A stretch of DNA of 64,000 nt, taken from Flavobacteriales bacterium (GTDB lineage Bacteria; Bacteroidota; Bacteroidia; Flavobacteriales_D; CAJJDF01). A program made the translations under genes and the position numbers. Under the pieces are notes generated by a model that saw only the letters and a list, made by a program, of their open reading frames with translations, searched no databases and had not been told where the DNA came from. The stretch spans positions 33,655-97,654 of the forward strand of contig CBFHHA010000002.1 in assembly GCA_965655625.1 (NCBI GenBank), written 5' to 3'. Below are positions 10,598 to 19,719 of the stretch, piece by piece (position 1 is the first letter of the stretch; every line of letters begins with the position of its first letter).

Positions 10598-13500
10598 ATG
10601 AAAATCAAAGGATTTTATAATGTCGCTTTCTTTCTCTGCGGGTTGCTTCTATCCAAGCAATCTACAGCCCAATTTTACACAGGTTCGTTCCAAGAATTTG
10701 GTAAGAATAGAGTACAAGAAGTAACTTTTTTTTGGCAGTATTATGATTTTCAAAGATTCAGGGTGTTTTTTTATGGAAACGGGCAGGAACATGCCGAGTA
10801 TGTGGCTAAGTCCGTGCATAAAAACTTAAAAGAACTGGAAGGTTTTTTTGAAACAGAATTAGACGGGAAGCTCGATATTTTGGTTTTCAACAGGCAATCG
10901 GATTACAGGCAGAGCAATATTGGCCTTACCAATGAACTTTCTTCCAATGTTGGCGGTAAAAATAACATTGTTGGGAACAAAATGTTTGTATACTTCGAAG
11001 GAACTCACGATGCTCTTGATGAGCAGATTCGCGCTTCTTTGTGCGAAGTATTGGTGAATAAACTTGTGTACCAAGGTAACTGGAAAAAAGTAGTAAGAGG
11101 ATCCGCGAAAATTGACTTGCCAGCCTGGTTTGCAGAGGGGCTTTATTCCTATAAATCCAAAGATTGGAATGCCGAAGTCAGCACCTTTGTAAAGGATAAT
11201 GTGCTCAATGATAAATACAGCAGTTTGGGCCGGATAGAAAGTGACCAAGCTCAATATGCTGGTCATGCGCTGTGGAATTACATTGCTCAGGTTTATGGGA
11301 AAGAGGTGATTCCGCAGATAATTTATTTGGTGAGTATTTCGAGAAGTTTTGAGTCGAGTTTTCGTTTTGTATTAGGCAAAACAACCAAATCACTCAATGC
11401 CGACATGGTTCGTTATTACAAGAACCAATACAGCAAAGACGATGACGGCAAAAAAATGCCTTTTCAGGAAGAAATCAGATTGAAAAAAAGGAAAAGCAAA
11501 GGGGTAATTACTCAATACAAGTTGAGTCCCGATGGCAATAAGATTGCCTACACAACCAATGAATTAGGAAAGTATTATTTGTGGATTTATGATTTGAAAA
11601 AGGATAAATACACCAAAGTGCTTAAACGAGGTTATAAAATAGATAGAAAAGAAGACGAGTCTTTTCCCCTAATTGACTGGCACCCAAACAATAAAACTTT
11701 GGCTTACATTGAAGAAAGAGAAGGGGCTGTATTTTTCAATTTTTATAACCTAGAGGAAAAGTCCAGGTCTAAAATTCAGGTACAAAAAATAGACAAAATT
11801 ACCAGCTTCAGTTACAATCAAACGGGTACTCAGTTTGTATTTTCAGGAGTCCAAAATGGAAAGGTAGATTTGTTTCTTTACACCATTTTAGGGAATGGAT
11901 ACTTAAAACTTACCGATGATTTTTACGATGAGATTCATCCAAGTTTTATTGAGAATTCTACCAAAATTATATTCTCATCCAACAGGAAAACAGATTCTCT
12001 GTATACTGAGGAGAGTAAAATGCCAGAAGGTCAAACTTTTGACATTTTTATTTACGACCTCACCAATAAATTTCAGCGAAGACTCAAAAGAGTAACCAAT
12101 ACACCCAACTTATCAGAAGAATATCCTTTTGAATTGGCTTCAAAGGAGTTCACTTATATCGCAGATAATAATGGAATTAAAAACAGATATCTCGCTGTTT
12201 TTGATAGCACAATTAGTTCGGTAGATACAGTTATTTCGTACCGTTATTTTTCTAAAACTTCGCTTTTGACAGATTACAAGAGAAGTATTACGAAGTTGGA
12301 TTATAATCCCCGAACTAAAGAAGTGGGAATGATCTTGTATAACGAGGGTAAATACAGAATATACAAAGGAAACACGAGCTTGGATAAAATGATGTCTGGA
12401 AATTTACAAGAATCAGATTTTAACAAGCAAAACGAAGAATTCTGGAAAAATAAGAAAGAAAGTACCGTAGAAATTATTTCAGTTTCTCCCAATGTAGAGA
12501 AACAGAATAAGATTAATACGAAAAGCTATCAATTTGAAAGCGAAGAAAAAAAGGAACCCCCGAAAAAAGTGGAGCCTCCAGTTGAAAAGAATAATCCAAA
12601 CAAGAAAAAGGAGAATGAAATGGTGTTTATGAATCCAACCAATTCTATCTCGACAAAGAAATCTGTGGTGAGCAACCGTTTTGAGTTGCCAAATAGGAAA
12701 CTATACACGATTAATTTTACGCTAGATGAAGCGGTAAGCCAATTAGATAATAACTTCATTAACAACAGTTACCAAGTTTTTAATGCTTCTCAACCAGCCT
12801 TCAATAATCCAAGTGTGAATGTCTTTAATATGGTTCAAATGAAAGATTTGATGGAGGATTACAGACTGATTGGAGGGGTGAACTTGAGTTTTAATTTGCA
12901 AGACAATGATTACCTGCTTGCCTTTGAGGATTTGTCGCAACGAATTGATAAAAAATATATGTTTACCCGGCAAGTTTACACCAATGAAAGTGAGGTGTAT
13001 CCTCTAAGAACAATGATTCACGAATTAAAATACAGGCTCAAATATCCTTTTTCGGAAGTTTCTTCTTTGGGCATCACCTTTAATTTGCGAAATGATATGA
13101 CAATTGTTTCTTCTGTAAACAGAACTAGCTTAGAAAGTCCAGATACCTACCGAAACATGGGAGGAGTTAAGTTGGAGTATGTTTTTGACAATACTTTTGA
13201 TAGGGGACTCAACTTATATGAAGGAACCCGACTCAAGCTTTTTGGAGAGTTTTACAATGAACTTACCGAGAAGGAAACTGATTTTTTTGTTTTGGGAGCA
13301 GACATTCGTAATTACCAGAAAATTCATCGTGAATTGATTTTTGCGTCTCGATTTGCCGCAAGTACTTCCTTCGGAAATAGAAAGCTGGTTTACTACATGG
13401 GAGGTGTGGATGGGGGATTTGCTCCTCAATTTAATAACGACAATATAATCCCAACCGACCAAGGATTTGCGTTTCAAACGATTGCCACACCCATGAGAGG

Positions 13501-13885
13501 ATTTATTCAAAATACTAGATTTGGAAATAGTTTCGCGGTGATAAATACCGAAATGAGATGGCCAATTGTGAGGTATTTTAGCCAATATCCTGTTCAAAGC
13601 AAGTTTTTGTCTTCTTTCCAAATAGTGGGATTTGCCGATGCTGGAACCGCCTGGACCGGCCCAGATCCTTATTCGCTCGAAAATTCTTTCAACAAAAGAG
13701 AGGTAAGTCAAAAACCAATTACCGTAATAATCGAGAACCAAAGAGAGCCTATTATTTTTGGTTATGGATTTGGATTGAGAGCTGAGGTATTTGGTTACTT
13801 TGTGCGTTACGATTGGTCTTGGGGAATTGAGGACGGTGTAAACCAAGGGCGCATCAGTTACTTTTCGTTATCTTTGGATTTTTAA
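10598..13885 (+). CDS. Large outer-membrane protein: N-terminal gluzincin-like (degenerate) region, TolB/PD40-like beta-propeller, Omp85-like C-terminal barrel
   Basis: A signal peptide follows ATG 10598 (MKIKGFYNVAFFLCGLLLSKQSTAQ), so the TTG at 10574 is less likely. PD40-like repeats are present (SPDGNKIAYTTNELGKYYLWIYDL; DWHPNNKTLAYIEE; IFSSNRKTD...DIFIYDL), followed by a K/P/E-rich linker. The C-terminus ...YFSLSLDF ends in an aromatic residue, as in beta-barrel OMPs. Confidence 0.6.
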   Translation: MKIKGFYNVAFFLCGLLLSKQSTAQFYTGSFQEFGKNRVQEVTFFWQYYDFQRFRVFFYGNGQEHAEYVAKSVHKNLKELEGFFETELDGKLDILVFNRQSDYRQSNIGLTNELSSNVGGKNNIVGNKMFVYFEGTHDALDEQIRASLCEVLVNKLVYQGNWKKVVRGSAKIDLPAWFAEGLYSYKSKDWNAEVSTFVKDNVLNDKYSSLGRIESDQAQYAGHALWNYIAQVYGKEVIPQIIYLVSISRSFESSFRFVLGKTTKSLNADMVRYYKNQYSKDDDGKKMPFQEEIRLKKRKSKGVITQYKLSPDGNKIAYTTNELGKYYLWIYDLKKDKYTKVLKRGYKIDRKEDESFPLIDWHPNNKTLAYIEEREGAVFFNFYNLEEKSRSKIQVQKIDKITSFSYNQTGTQFVFSGVQNGKVDLFLYTILGNGYLKLTDDFYDEIHPSFIENSTKIIFSSNRKTDSLYTEESKMPEGQTFDIFIYDLTNKFQRRLKRVTNTPNLSEEYPFELASKEFTYIADNNGIKNRYLAVFDSTISSVDTVISYRYFSKTSLLTDYKRSITKLDYNPRTKEVGMILYNEGKYRIYKGNTSLDKMMSGNLQESDFNKQNEEFWKNKKESTVEIISVSPNVEKQNKINTKSYQFESEEKKEPPKKVEPPVEKNNPNKKKENEMVFMNPTNSISTKKSVVSNRFELPNRKLYTINFTLDEAVSQLDNNFINNSYQVFNASQPAFNNPSVNVFNMVQMKDLMEDYRLIGGVNLSFNLQDNDYLLAFEDLSQRIDKKYMFTRQVYTNESEVYPLRTMIHELKYRLKYPFSEVSSLGITFNLRNDMTIVSSVNRTSLESPDTYRNMGGVKLEYVFDNTFDRGLNLYEGTRLKLFGEFYNELTEKETDFFVLGADIRNYQKIHRELIFASRFAASTSFGNRKLVYYMGGVDGGFAPQFNNDNIIPTDQGFAFQTIATPMRGFIQNTRFGNSFAVINTEMRWPIVRYFSQYPVQSKFLSSFQIVGFADAGTAWTGPDPYSLENSFNKREVSQKPITVIIENQREPIIFGYGFGLRAEVFGYFVRYDWSWGIEDGVNQGRISYFSLSLDF

Positions 13886-13899
13886 ACAAATAATTTTAC

Positions 13900-14295
13900 A
13901 TGACTCTTGATTTTCAAACATTAATCATTCTCGTTTTAATCGGGATCACAGCTGGAATATTATCCGGATTTATCGGAATTGGAGGAGGAATCATCATTGT
14001 ACCCGGACTAATTTACCTGCTCGGATTTACCCAAATTCAGGCTCAAGGAACGAGTTTGGCACTCATGCTTCCTCCGATAGGAATATTGGCGTTTATGCAT
14101 TACTACAAAGCAGGAAATGTGGATTTGAAAGTTGCAGGTGTAGTTGCAGTTACTTTTGTAGTGGGAGGTTTTTTTGGAGCTAAATTGGCTCACAAATTAG
14201 ATCAGAATATCGTAAAAATCATCTTTGGAGCAATTATGTTGCTCATATCAATTAAGTTAATCGTAAGTGGATTTAAATTATATTTTGGAAAATAA
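13900..14295 (+). CDS. TauE/SafE (TSUP) family membrane protein, half-size
   Basis: 131 aa with about 4 TM segments and GIGGGIIIVPGLIYLLG, typical of the TSUP family. Confidence 0.65.
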   Translation: MTLDFQTLIILVLIGITAGILSGFIGIGGGIIIVPGLIYLLGFTQIQAQGTSLALMLPPIGILAFMHYYKAGNVDLKVAGVVAVTFVVGGFFGAKLAHKLDQNIVKIIFGAIMLLISIKLIVSGFKLYFGK

Positions 14296-15482
14296 TGGGC
14301 AACAAGATAATAGAGCAAATAAAACAATTAACAGCCAAAAATCACAATGAGGTTGTTGCTAATAGAAGATGGCTTCATCAAAATCCAGAACTTTCGTTTG
14401 AGGAAATTTACACCTCTGAATTTATTCAAGGAAAGTTGAAGGAATTAGGAATTGAGTTCACCACTGGAATAGTAAAAACTGGTGTAGTAGGTTTTGTAAA
14501 AGGAAGGAATCCAGAGAAAAAAACCATTGCATTGCGAGCAGATATGGATGCCTTACCCATTTTGGAAGAAAATAATATTCCCTACAAATCACAAAACGAA
14601 GGTGTCATGCATGCTTGCGGACATGACGTACATTCCGCTTCTTTATTAGGAGTGGCAGCTGTTGTTTCTCAATTAACAAATGAATTTGAGGGAACTGTAA
14701 AGTTGATTTTTCAACCAGGAGAAGAAAAATTACCGGGAGGAGCATCTCTGATGATCAAAGAAGGTGTTCTGGATAATCCTCGACCTCAATCCATATTGGG
14801 TCAACACGTATTTCCAGATTTGCCTGCAGGCAAAGTAGGATTTAGGCCTGGAATGTATATGGCTTCTTGCGATGAATTGTACCTTACGGTAAAAGCAAAA
14901 GGAGGTCATGCAGCATTGCCGCACAAATTTACCGATACGGTCTTAATAGCTTGTGAGATTATTAGTTCGCTGCAGCAAATTGTGAGCCGAAAAGCTCGTC
15001 CCGATATTCCTAGTGTCTTGTCATTCGGAAAGATTAATTCGACCGGAGGAGCAACAAACATCATCCCTGACGAAGTAAAAATAGAAGGGACTTTTAGAAC
15101 AATGAACGAGGAATGGAGAGCAGAAGCTCATGAGACTATGGTTGCTTTGGCCGAAGGAATTGCCAAGTCAATGGGAGGGACTTGCGATTTTGAGGTAAGA
15201 AAGGGGTATCCTTTTCTGAAAAATGATGAAACGATAACAAATGCGGCTATGGAAGCCGCAATTCAATTTTTGGGAAAAGAAAATGTGGTGGAGTTAGACT
15301 TAAGAATGACCGGAGAGGATTTTTCTTATTACACGCAGACAATTCCGGGCTGTTTTTATCGTCTGGGAACCGGTTCGAGCTCCGGATTGCATACATCAAA
15401 ATTCAATATTGACGAATCTGCCTTGGAATTGGGAGTGGGTCTTATGAGTTGGATTACAATAAATATGTTGAACGAACAATAG
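14295..15482 (+). CDS. M20-family amidohydrolase (N-acyl-amino-acid amidohydrolase/hippurate hydrolase-like)
   Basis: HACGHDVH metal-binding context, GEEKLPGGA, 395 aa. The ATG shares one base with the upstream TAA (TAATG). Confidence 0.8.
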   Translation: MGNKIIEQIKQLTAKNHNEVVANRRWLHQNPELSFEEIYTSEFIQGKLKELGIEFTTGIVKTGVVGFVKGRNPEKKTIALRADMDALPILEENNIPYKSQNEGVMHACGHDVHSASLLGVAAVVSQLTNEFEGTVKLIFQPGEEKLPGGASLMIKEGVLDNPRPQSILGQHVFPDLPAGKVGFRPGMYMASCDELYLTVKAKGGHAALPHKFTDTVLIACEIISSLQQIVSRKARPDIPSVLSFGKINSTGGATNIIPDEVKIEGTFRTMNEEWRAEAHETMVALAEGIAKSMGGTCDFEVRKGYPFLKNDETITNAAMEAAIQFLGKENVVELDLRMTGEDFSYYTQTIPGCFYRLGTGSSSGLHTSKFNIDESALELGVGLMSWITINMLNEQ

Positions 15483-15519
15483 ACGCACAGCAGTTGTCGT
15501 TCACAAAGAAATAAAACCT

Positions 15520-17859
15520 ATGAAGAGTAAAATTGTTTGGGGATTTTTGTTTGTGATAATTTCATTTGGTCAATTTGCCCAAGGAGTTCCTATTGGTCAA
15601 TGGAAGAGTTATTTTCCTTTTAATGATGTAATAGATATCACTTACAACAAAGGTGTGGCTTATGGAATTACGGAAAATGCTCTTATTATCCACGATTACA
15701 ACGAAAATTCAATTGAGCGACTTACGGAGGTAAATGCACTTTCAGACATTGGACTATCGGCTGTAGGCTTTAACTCAGCGAACAATGGACTGGTAATTGG
15801 ATATGAAAATGGAAACGTTGACTTGATTCAAGAAAATGAAACCATTAATTTATTTCAAATCAGAGAAAGTACCATAACCGGTGATAAAAAAGTGAACCAT
15901 ATTTACAACAAAGGTGACTTGGCCTATCTTTCATGTGGCTTTGGGATTGTGGTTTATAATATTAAAAAAAAGGAAGTGAAAGATACGTATGTTATCGGTC
16001 CGGGAGGTTCTCAGATAAGAATTAATCAACTTACGATACAAGGTGGTAAAATTTATGCAGCCACCGAAGCGGGACTATATTCGGCTGCGGAAAGCAGTGC
16101 TTTTTTGACAGACTTTAATTCCTGGTCGAAGGTCTCTTCATTTCCAAATTTCAATAATGAGGTAAAGCAAGTGGGAGGAACCCAAAACACATTGATTATG
16201 AATGTGATGCAATCTGGTGGCATTGATTCGGTGTATGTGTTCAAACAAGCAAATTGGATTTCGTTGCCCGTTTACGGAGGGCGATTAATCAACTCTGTTT
16301 CCGCATCAAACGGAAAATTAATGGTAAATCAGTTTGATACGATTTATGCGCTAGATACGGCATTAAGTGTAACTCACACCATGACCAATTATGACGGGTT
16401 TTGGAAGCCGCGTTGCAACAACATCACCTATGACGGAACTTATTTTTATATAGCCGACAAGCGGAATGCAAACGTTCGATTCAAAAATAATTTTGAGGCA
16501 AATTGGCAAACGCCCGAATTTATGTACAGCACAACAGTATTGGATATTGAAGTAGAAGACGGAAACTTATGGGGATCTACAGGTTCGCTTGTGGGAGGAG
16601 GATGGAACAAAACCTACAACAATGATGGAGCTTTTCATTACGATATCAGAGAAGACAAATGGAGAATTTACAACGCGGCATATCAATACAACGGGTATAA
16701 TTTCTCCAACGGAAGCATGAATGATTTTGTGGGAATGGTGGTAAATCCAACTGAACCAACAAAAGGTTATGTGTGCACATTTTCGGCAAAAGGAGTAGCC
16801 GAATTGTTCAATAATCAAGTAGGCACAGCGTATGATACCTCTAATTCTCAGTTGAGAATAAGCACTTCGCACAACGACAGAATAGCGGTGAAAGACGGTG
16901 ATTTTGATGAAAATGAGAATTTATGGCTAGCCAACTCTTGGGTAAGGAATCCGTTGGTGTTAAAAACAAAAAGTGGCACATGGAAATCGTTTTTTTGCGG
17001 TTCTGATTTTCAAAATAGATTGACTGCCTCCGTCACAGTTGATGAACAGAACGGATACAAGTGGATGGTATTTAAGGATTACAAAGTTCTTGTATACAAT
17101 GACAATGGGACTGTTTTGGATGAAACAGACGATCAATACAAAGAGATTTCTAACGGAGCGGCAAATGGAAACTTGAACAGTACACCGATTTGTATTACCG
17201 AAGATAATGATGGGGAAATATGGATTGGAACAGACGAAGGAATTTACGTTTTTTATTCTCCATCCGAATTGTTTACCTCCCCTAGTTTCGAAGTTCAAAA
17301 AATTAAGGTAACGCTAGATGGAAACGTAGAACTGCTCCTAGAAAGTGAGCGAGTAACCTGCATAACTATTGATGGCGCAAATCGAAAATGGATAGGAACG
17401 GAAGGAGCCGGGATTTTTGTATTGTCTTCTGACGGAACAGAGCAAGAATTGGGTTTTACTGAAGAAAATAGTCCTTTGCTTTCTAATAATATTAACGACA
17501 TAGCGATTGATGGCGAAACAGGCGAAGTTTTTATTTCCACAGACAGAGGCTTAATTTCATACAAAGGAGAAGCTACCCAGGGGAAGCCAGCTTTTGTAGA
17601 TGTGTATGCTTATCCAAATCCGGTGCCTCCGGGATATCAGGGAAAAATTGCCGTGACAGGATTGGTGGCAGACTCCGAAGTGAGAATTACAGATATTGCC
17701 GGAAATGTAGTATTTACCTCAAAATCAACTGGAGGTCAAGTAATTTGGGAGGGTAATAACCTGAATGGAGAGCGTGTTAGTTCCGGAATATATTTGGTGT
17801 TTATGACATCTCCAGAAGGCGCTTCTTCTCATGTGAGCAAAATTCTTTTCATGAAATAG
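15520..17859 (+). CDS. T9SS-associated double beta-propeller protein with C-terminal sorting domain (PorZ-like)
   Basis: Signal peptide MKSKIVWGFLFVIISFGQFAQG. Repeated two-component-regulator-propeller-type motifs (IWIGTDEGIYVF, KWIGTEGAGIFVL, VFISTDRGLISY). The C-terminus YAYPNPV...GIYLVFM...KILFMK resembles a T9SS CTD. The 779-aa size and architecture match what I recall for PorZ. Confidence 0.5.
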   Translation: MKSKIVWGFLFVIISFGQFAQGVPIGQWKSYFPFNDVIDITYNKGVAYGITENALIIHDYNENSIERLTEVNALSDIGLSAVGFNSANNGLVIGYENGNVDLIQENETINLFQIRESTITGDKKVNHIYNKGDLAYLSCGFGIVVYNIKKKEVKDTYVIGPGGSQIRINQLTIQGGKIYAATEAGLYSAAESSAFLTDFNSWSKVSSFPNFNNEVKQVGGTQNTLIMNVMQSGGIDSVYVFKQANWISLPVYGGRLINSVSASNGKLMVNQFDTIYALDTALSVTHTMTNYDGFWKPRCNNITYDGTYFYIADKRNANVRFKNNFEANWQTPEFMYSTTVLDIEVEDGNLWGSTGSLVGGGWNKTYNNDGAFHYDIREDKWRIYNAAYQYNGYNFSNGSMNDFVGMVVNPTEPTKGYVCTFSAKGVAELFNNQVGTAYDTSNSQLRISTSHNDRIAVKDGDFDENENLWLANSWVRNPLVLKTKSGTWKSFFCGSDFQNRLTASVTVDEQNGYKWMVFKDYKVLVYNDNGTVLDETDDQYKEISNGAANGNLNSTPICITEDNDGEIWIGTDEGIYVFYSPSELFTSPSFEVQKIKVTLDGNVELLLESERVTCITIDGANRKWIGTEGAGIFVLSSDGTEQELGFTEENSPLLSNNINDIAIDGETGEVFISTDRGLISYKGEATQGKPAFVDVYAYPNPVPPGYQGKIAVTGLVADSEVRITDIAGNVVFTSKSTGGQVIWEGNNLNGERVSSGIYLVFMTSPEGASSHVSKILFMK

Positions 17860-17913
17860 GAATTAGGATCGGATAAAATCTTGTAAGTTAGTGCCCAATT
17901 AGAGTACACAAAC

Positions 17914-19719
17914 ATGAATCATTTCCTTTCACATTTTAACACCTCCTTGTCTTTCAAGATACTGTTGACATTGTGTGCGCTTATTTTGGTTTTCAGAGCC
18001 TCTACTATCTCCGAAAAGGAAACCTCTTGGGATGTACTTGGGTATTATCTTCCACTACCGGCTACTTTTATTTACGAGGATCCTCTAATGAAAGACAGAA
18101 CATGGATTGAACGAGTGAATGAAGATAAAAAATTCACTGATACATTGTATCAAATTTCCACCGCACCCGATGGAAGCCCCATGTATTTCTTCTTGCTCGG
18201 AATGGCTATGTTATTTCTCCCCTTCTTTTGGTTGGGACACGGTTTGGCTTTTCTCTTAGACTATCCCATGGATGGATTCAGTATGCCGTATCAAATTGCG
18301 ATGGTAATAGGAGGATTGGTTTATACATTTATTGGGTTAATCTATCTTCGCAAAATTTTACTTCATTTTTTTACCGAGAAACTCACCTCATTGGTCTTGC
18401 TAATTATGGTGCTCGCCACAAATTATTCTCACCATTTAACCCTAAAGAATCTCGAAACCGTGAACGTGTTGTTTATGTTTGTGGCTGTGCTCATTTGGAA
18501 TACCCTACAATGGCATAAAACACAAAAGTTGATCAATGTATTGGCGATAGGAATTTCGATTACGTTCATGTCTTTAGTTAAGCCTAGCGAAGTTTTAATT
18601 GTCTTTCTTCCAATTTTTTACGGAGTGTACAACCAAGAATCTTTATTCATTAAATGGAAGTTAATACAAGCAAATCGAACTCAATTTTTTTGGACTTTTT
18701 TAGTATGTCTTCTCCTTGCTTTGCCTCAAATGAGTTATTGGTATAGTCGGACCGGAAGTCTTTTTTATGATAGTTATATAAATCCAGGAGTAGGCCTAGA
18801 TGTCTTGTCTCCTTATGTTTTCGAATCTCTTTTTAGTTTCAAAAAAGGTTGGTTCCTCTACACACCTGTCATGATTTTGGCAGTTTTGGGCTTTTACTTT
18901 TTTTTCAAGAAAAAGAGAGAAATAGCTCTGTCTTTTTTCCTTTATGTTCTATTTACCTCCTACATTATTTTTAGCTGGACCGAGTGGTGGTATGGCGCAG
19001 CATTTTCCAATCGACCTTTGATTACTGTCTACCCAATTTTTGCTATTTCGCTTGGGTTTTTTCTGCAATTTATTGGTGAGAAAAGAAGAATAACAAAACT
19101 GTTTGTGTTGGTATTTATTCTTGGAGCCACTTTTTTGAATCAATTTCAATGGTGGCAACTGAGAGAAGGAATACTCGATCCTTACAGGATGACGAAGGAA
19201 TATTACCTGGCTACTTTTCTTAAAACGTCAGCCACCGAAGCAGATAAAAAACTCTTGTCTGTGTACAGAAATTTTGACGGATCTCATCAATTTACAAACA
19301 AAAGTGACTATACATTGAAATCCACCTTTTTAGTTTCCCCTTCCGATACGAGCCCTTCATTTTTGTTAACCTCGAGCGAGGAGTTTTCACCCGTGTTTGA
19401 GAAACCATTTGAATCTCTAACCGAAAAGGATCATATTTGGGCTGAGGTGATGGTAACTTACACAAATTCAAGTATGAGTAAATCAAAACTTCCTTTGGTT
19501 GTGGCCCACATGAACAGGAAAGAGGGAGCTTACGGATATTCTAGCTCGCAGTTATCGGTTTGGTCAGATTCTTCTCAAAATGAATTGGTTCACAAGAGTT
19601 TTTATATGACTCCAAATGTAAGAAACAGTCAAGACGGATTGAAGATTTACCTCTGGAATAACAGCCAAGCGGAAATGAAAATAGAACGAATGGAAGTAAA
19701 AATCTATGAACCAAAATAA
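17914..19719 (+). CDS. Polytopic membrane protein, GT-C/GT39 (ArnT/PMT-like) glycosyltransferase candidate
   Basis: 601 aa with more than 10 TM-like segments in the N-terminal two thirds, acidic residues in the first loop (EKETSWDVLGYY), and a soluble C-terminal third. Confidence 0.45.
   Translation: MNHFLSHFNTSLSFKILLTLCALILVFRASTISEKETSWDVLGYYLPLPATFIYEDPLMKDRTWIERVNEDKKFTDTLYQISTAPDGSPMYFFLLGMAMLFLPFFWLGHGLAFLLDYPMDGFSMPYQIAMVIGGLVYTFIGLIYLRKILLHFFTEKLTSLVLLIMVLATNYSHHLTLKNLETVNVLFMFVAVLIWNTLQWHKTQKLINVLAIGISITFMSLVKPSEVLIVFLPIFYGVYNQESLFIKWKLIQANRTQFFWTFLVCLLLALPQMSYWYSRTGSLFYDSYINPGVGLDVLSPYVFESLFSFKKGWFLYTPVMILAVLGFYFFFKKKREIALSFFLYVLFTSYIIFSWTEWWYGAAFSNRPLITVYPIFAISLGFFLQFIGEKRRITKLFVLVFILGATFLNQFQWWQLREGILDPYRMTKEYYLATFLKTSATEADKKLLSVYRNFDGSHQFTNKSDYTLKSTFLVSPSDTSPSFLLTSSEEFSPVFEKPFESLTEKDHIWAEVMVTYTNSSMSKSKLPLVVAHMNRKEGAYGYSSSQLSVWSDSSQNELVHKSFYMTPNVRNSQDGLKIYLWNNSQAEMKIERMEVKIYEPK

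Noticed and set aside
13214-13846. 210-codon minus-strand ORF
   Set aside because: It lies entirely antisense to the well-supported 1100-aa OMP gene and has low-complexity, Ser/Ile/Lys-rich composition with no motif. It is a shadow ORF typical of AT-rich genomes.
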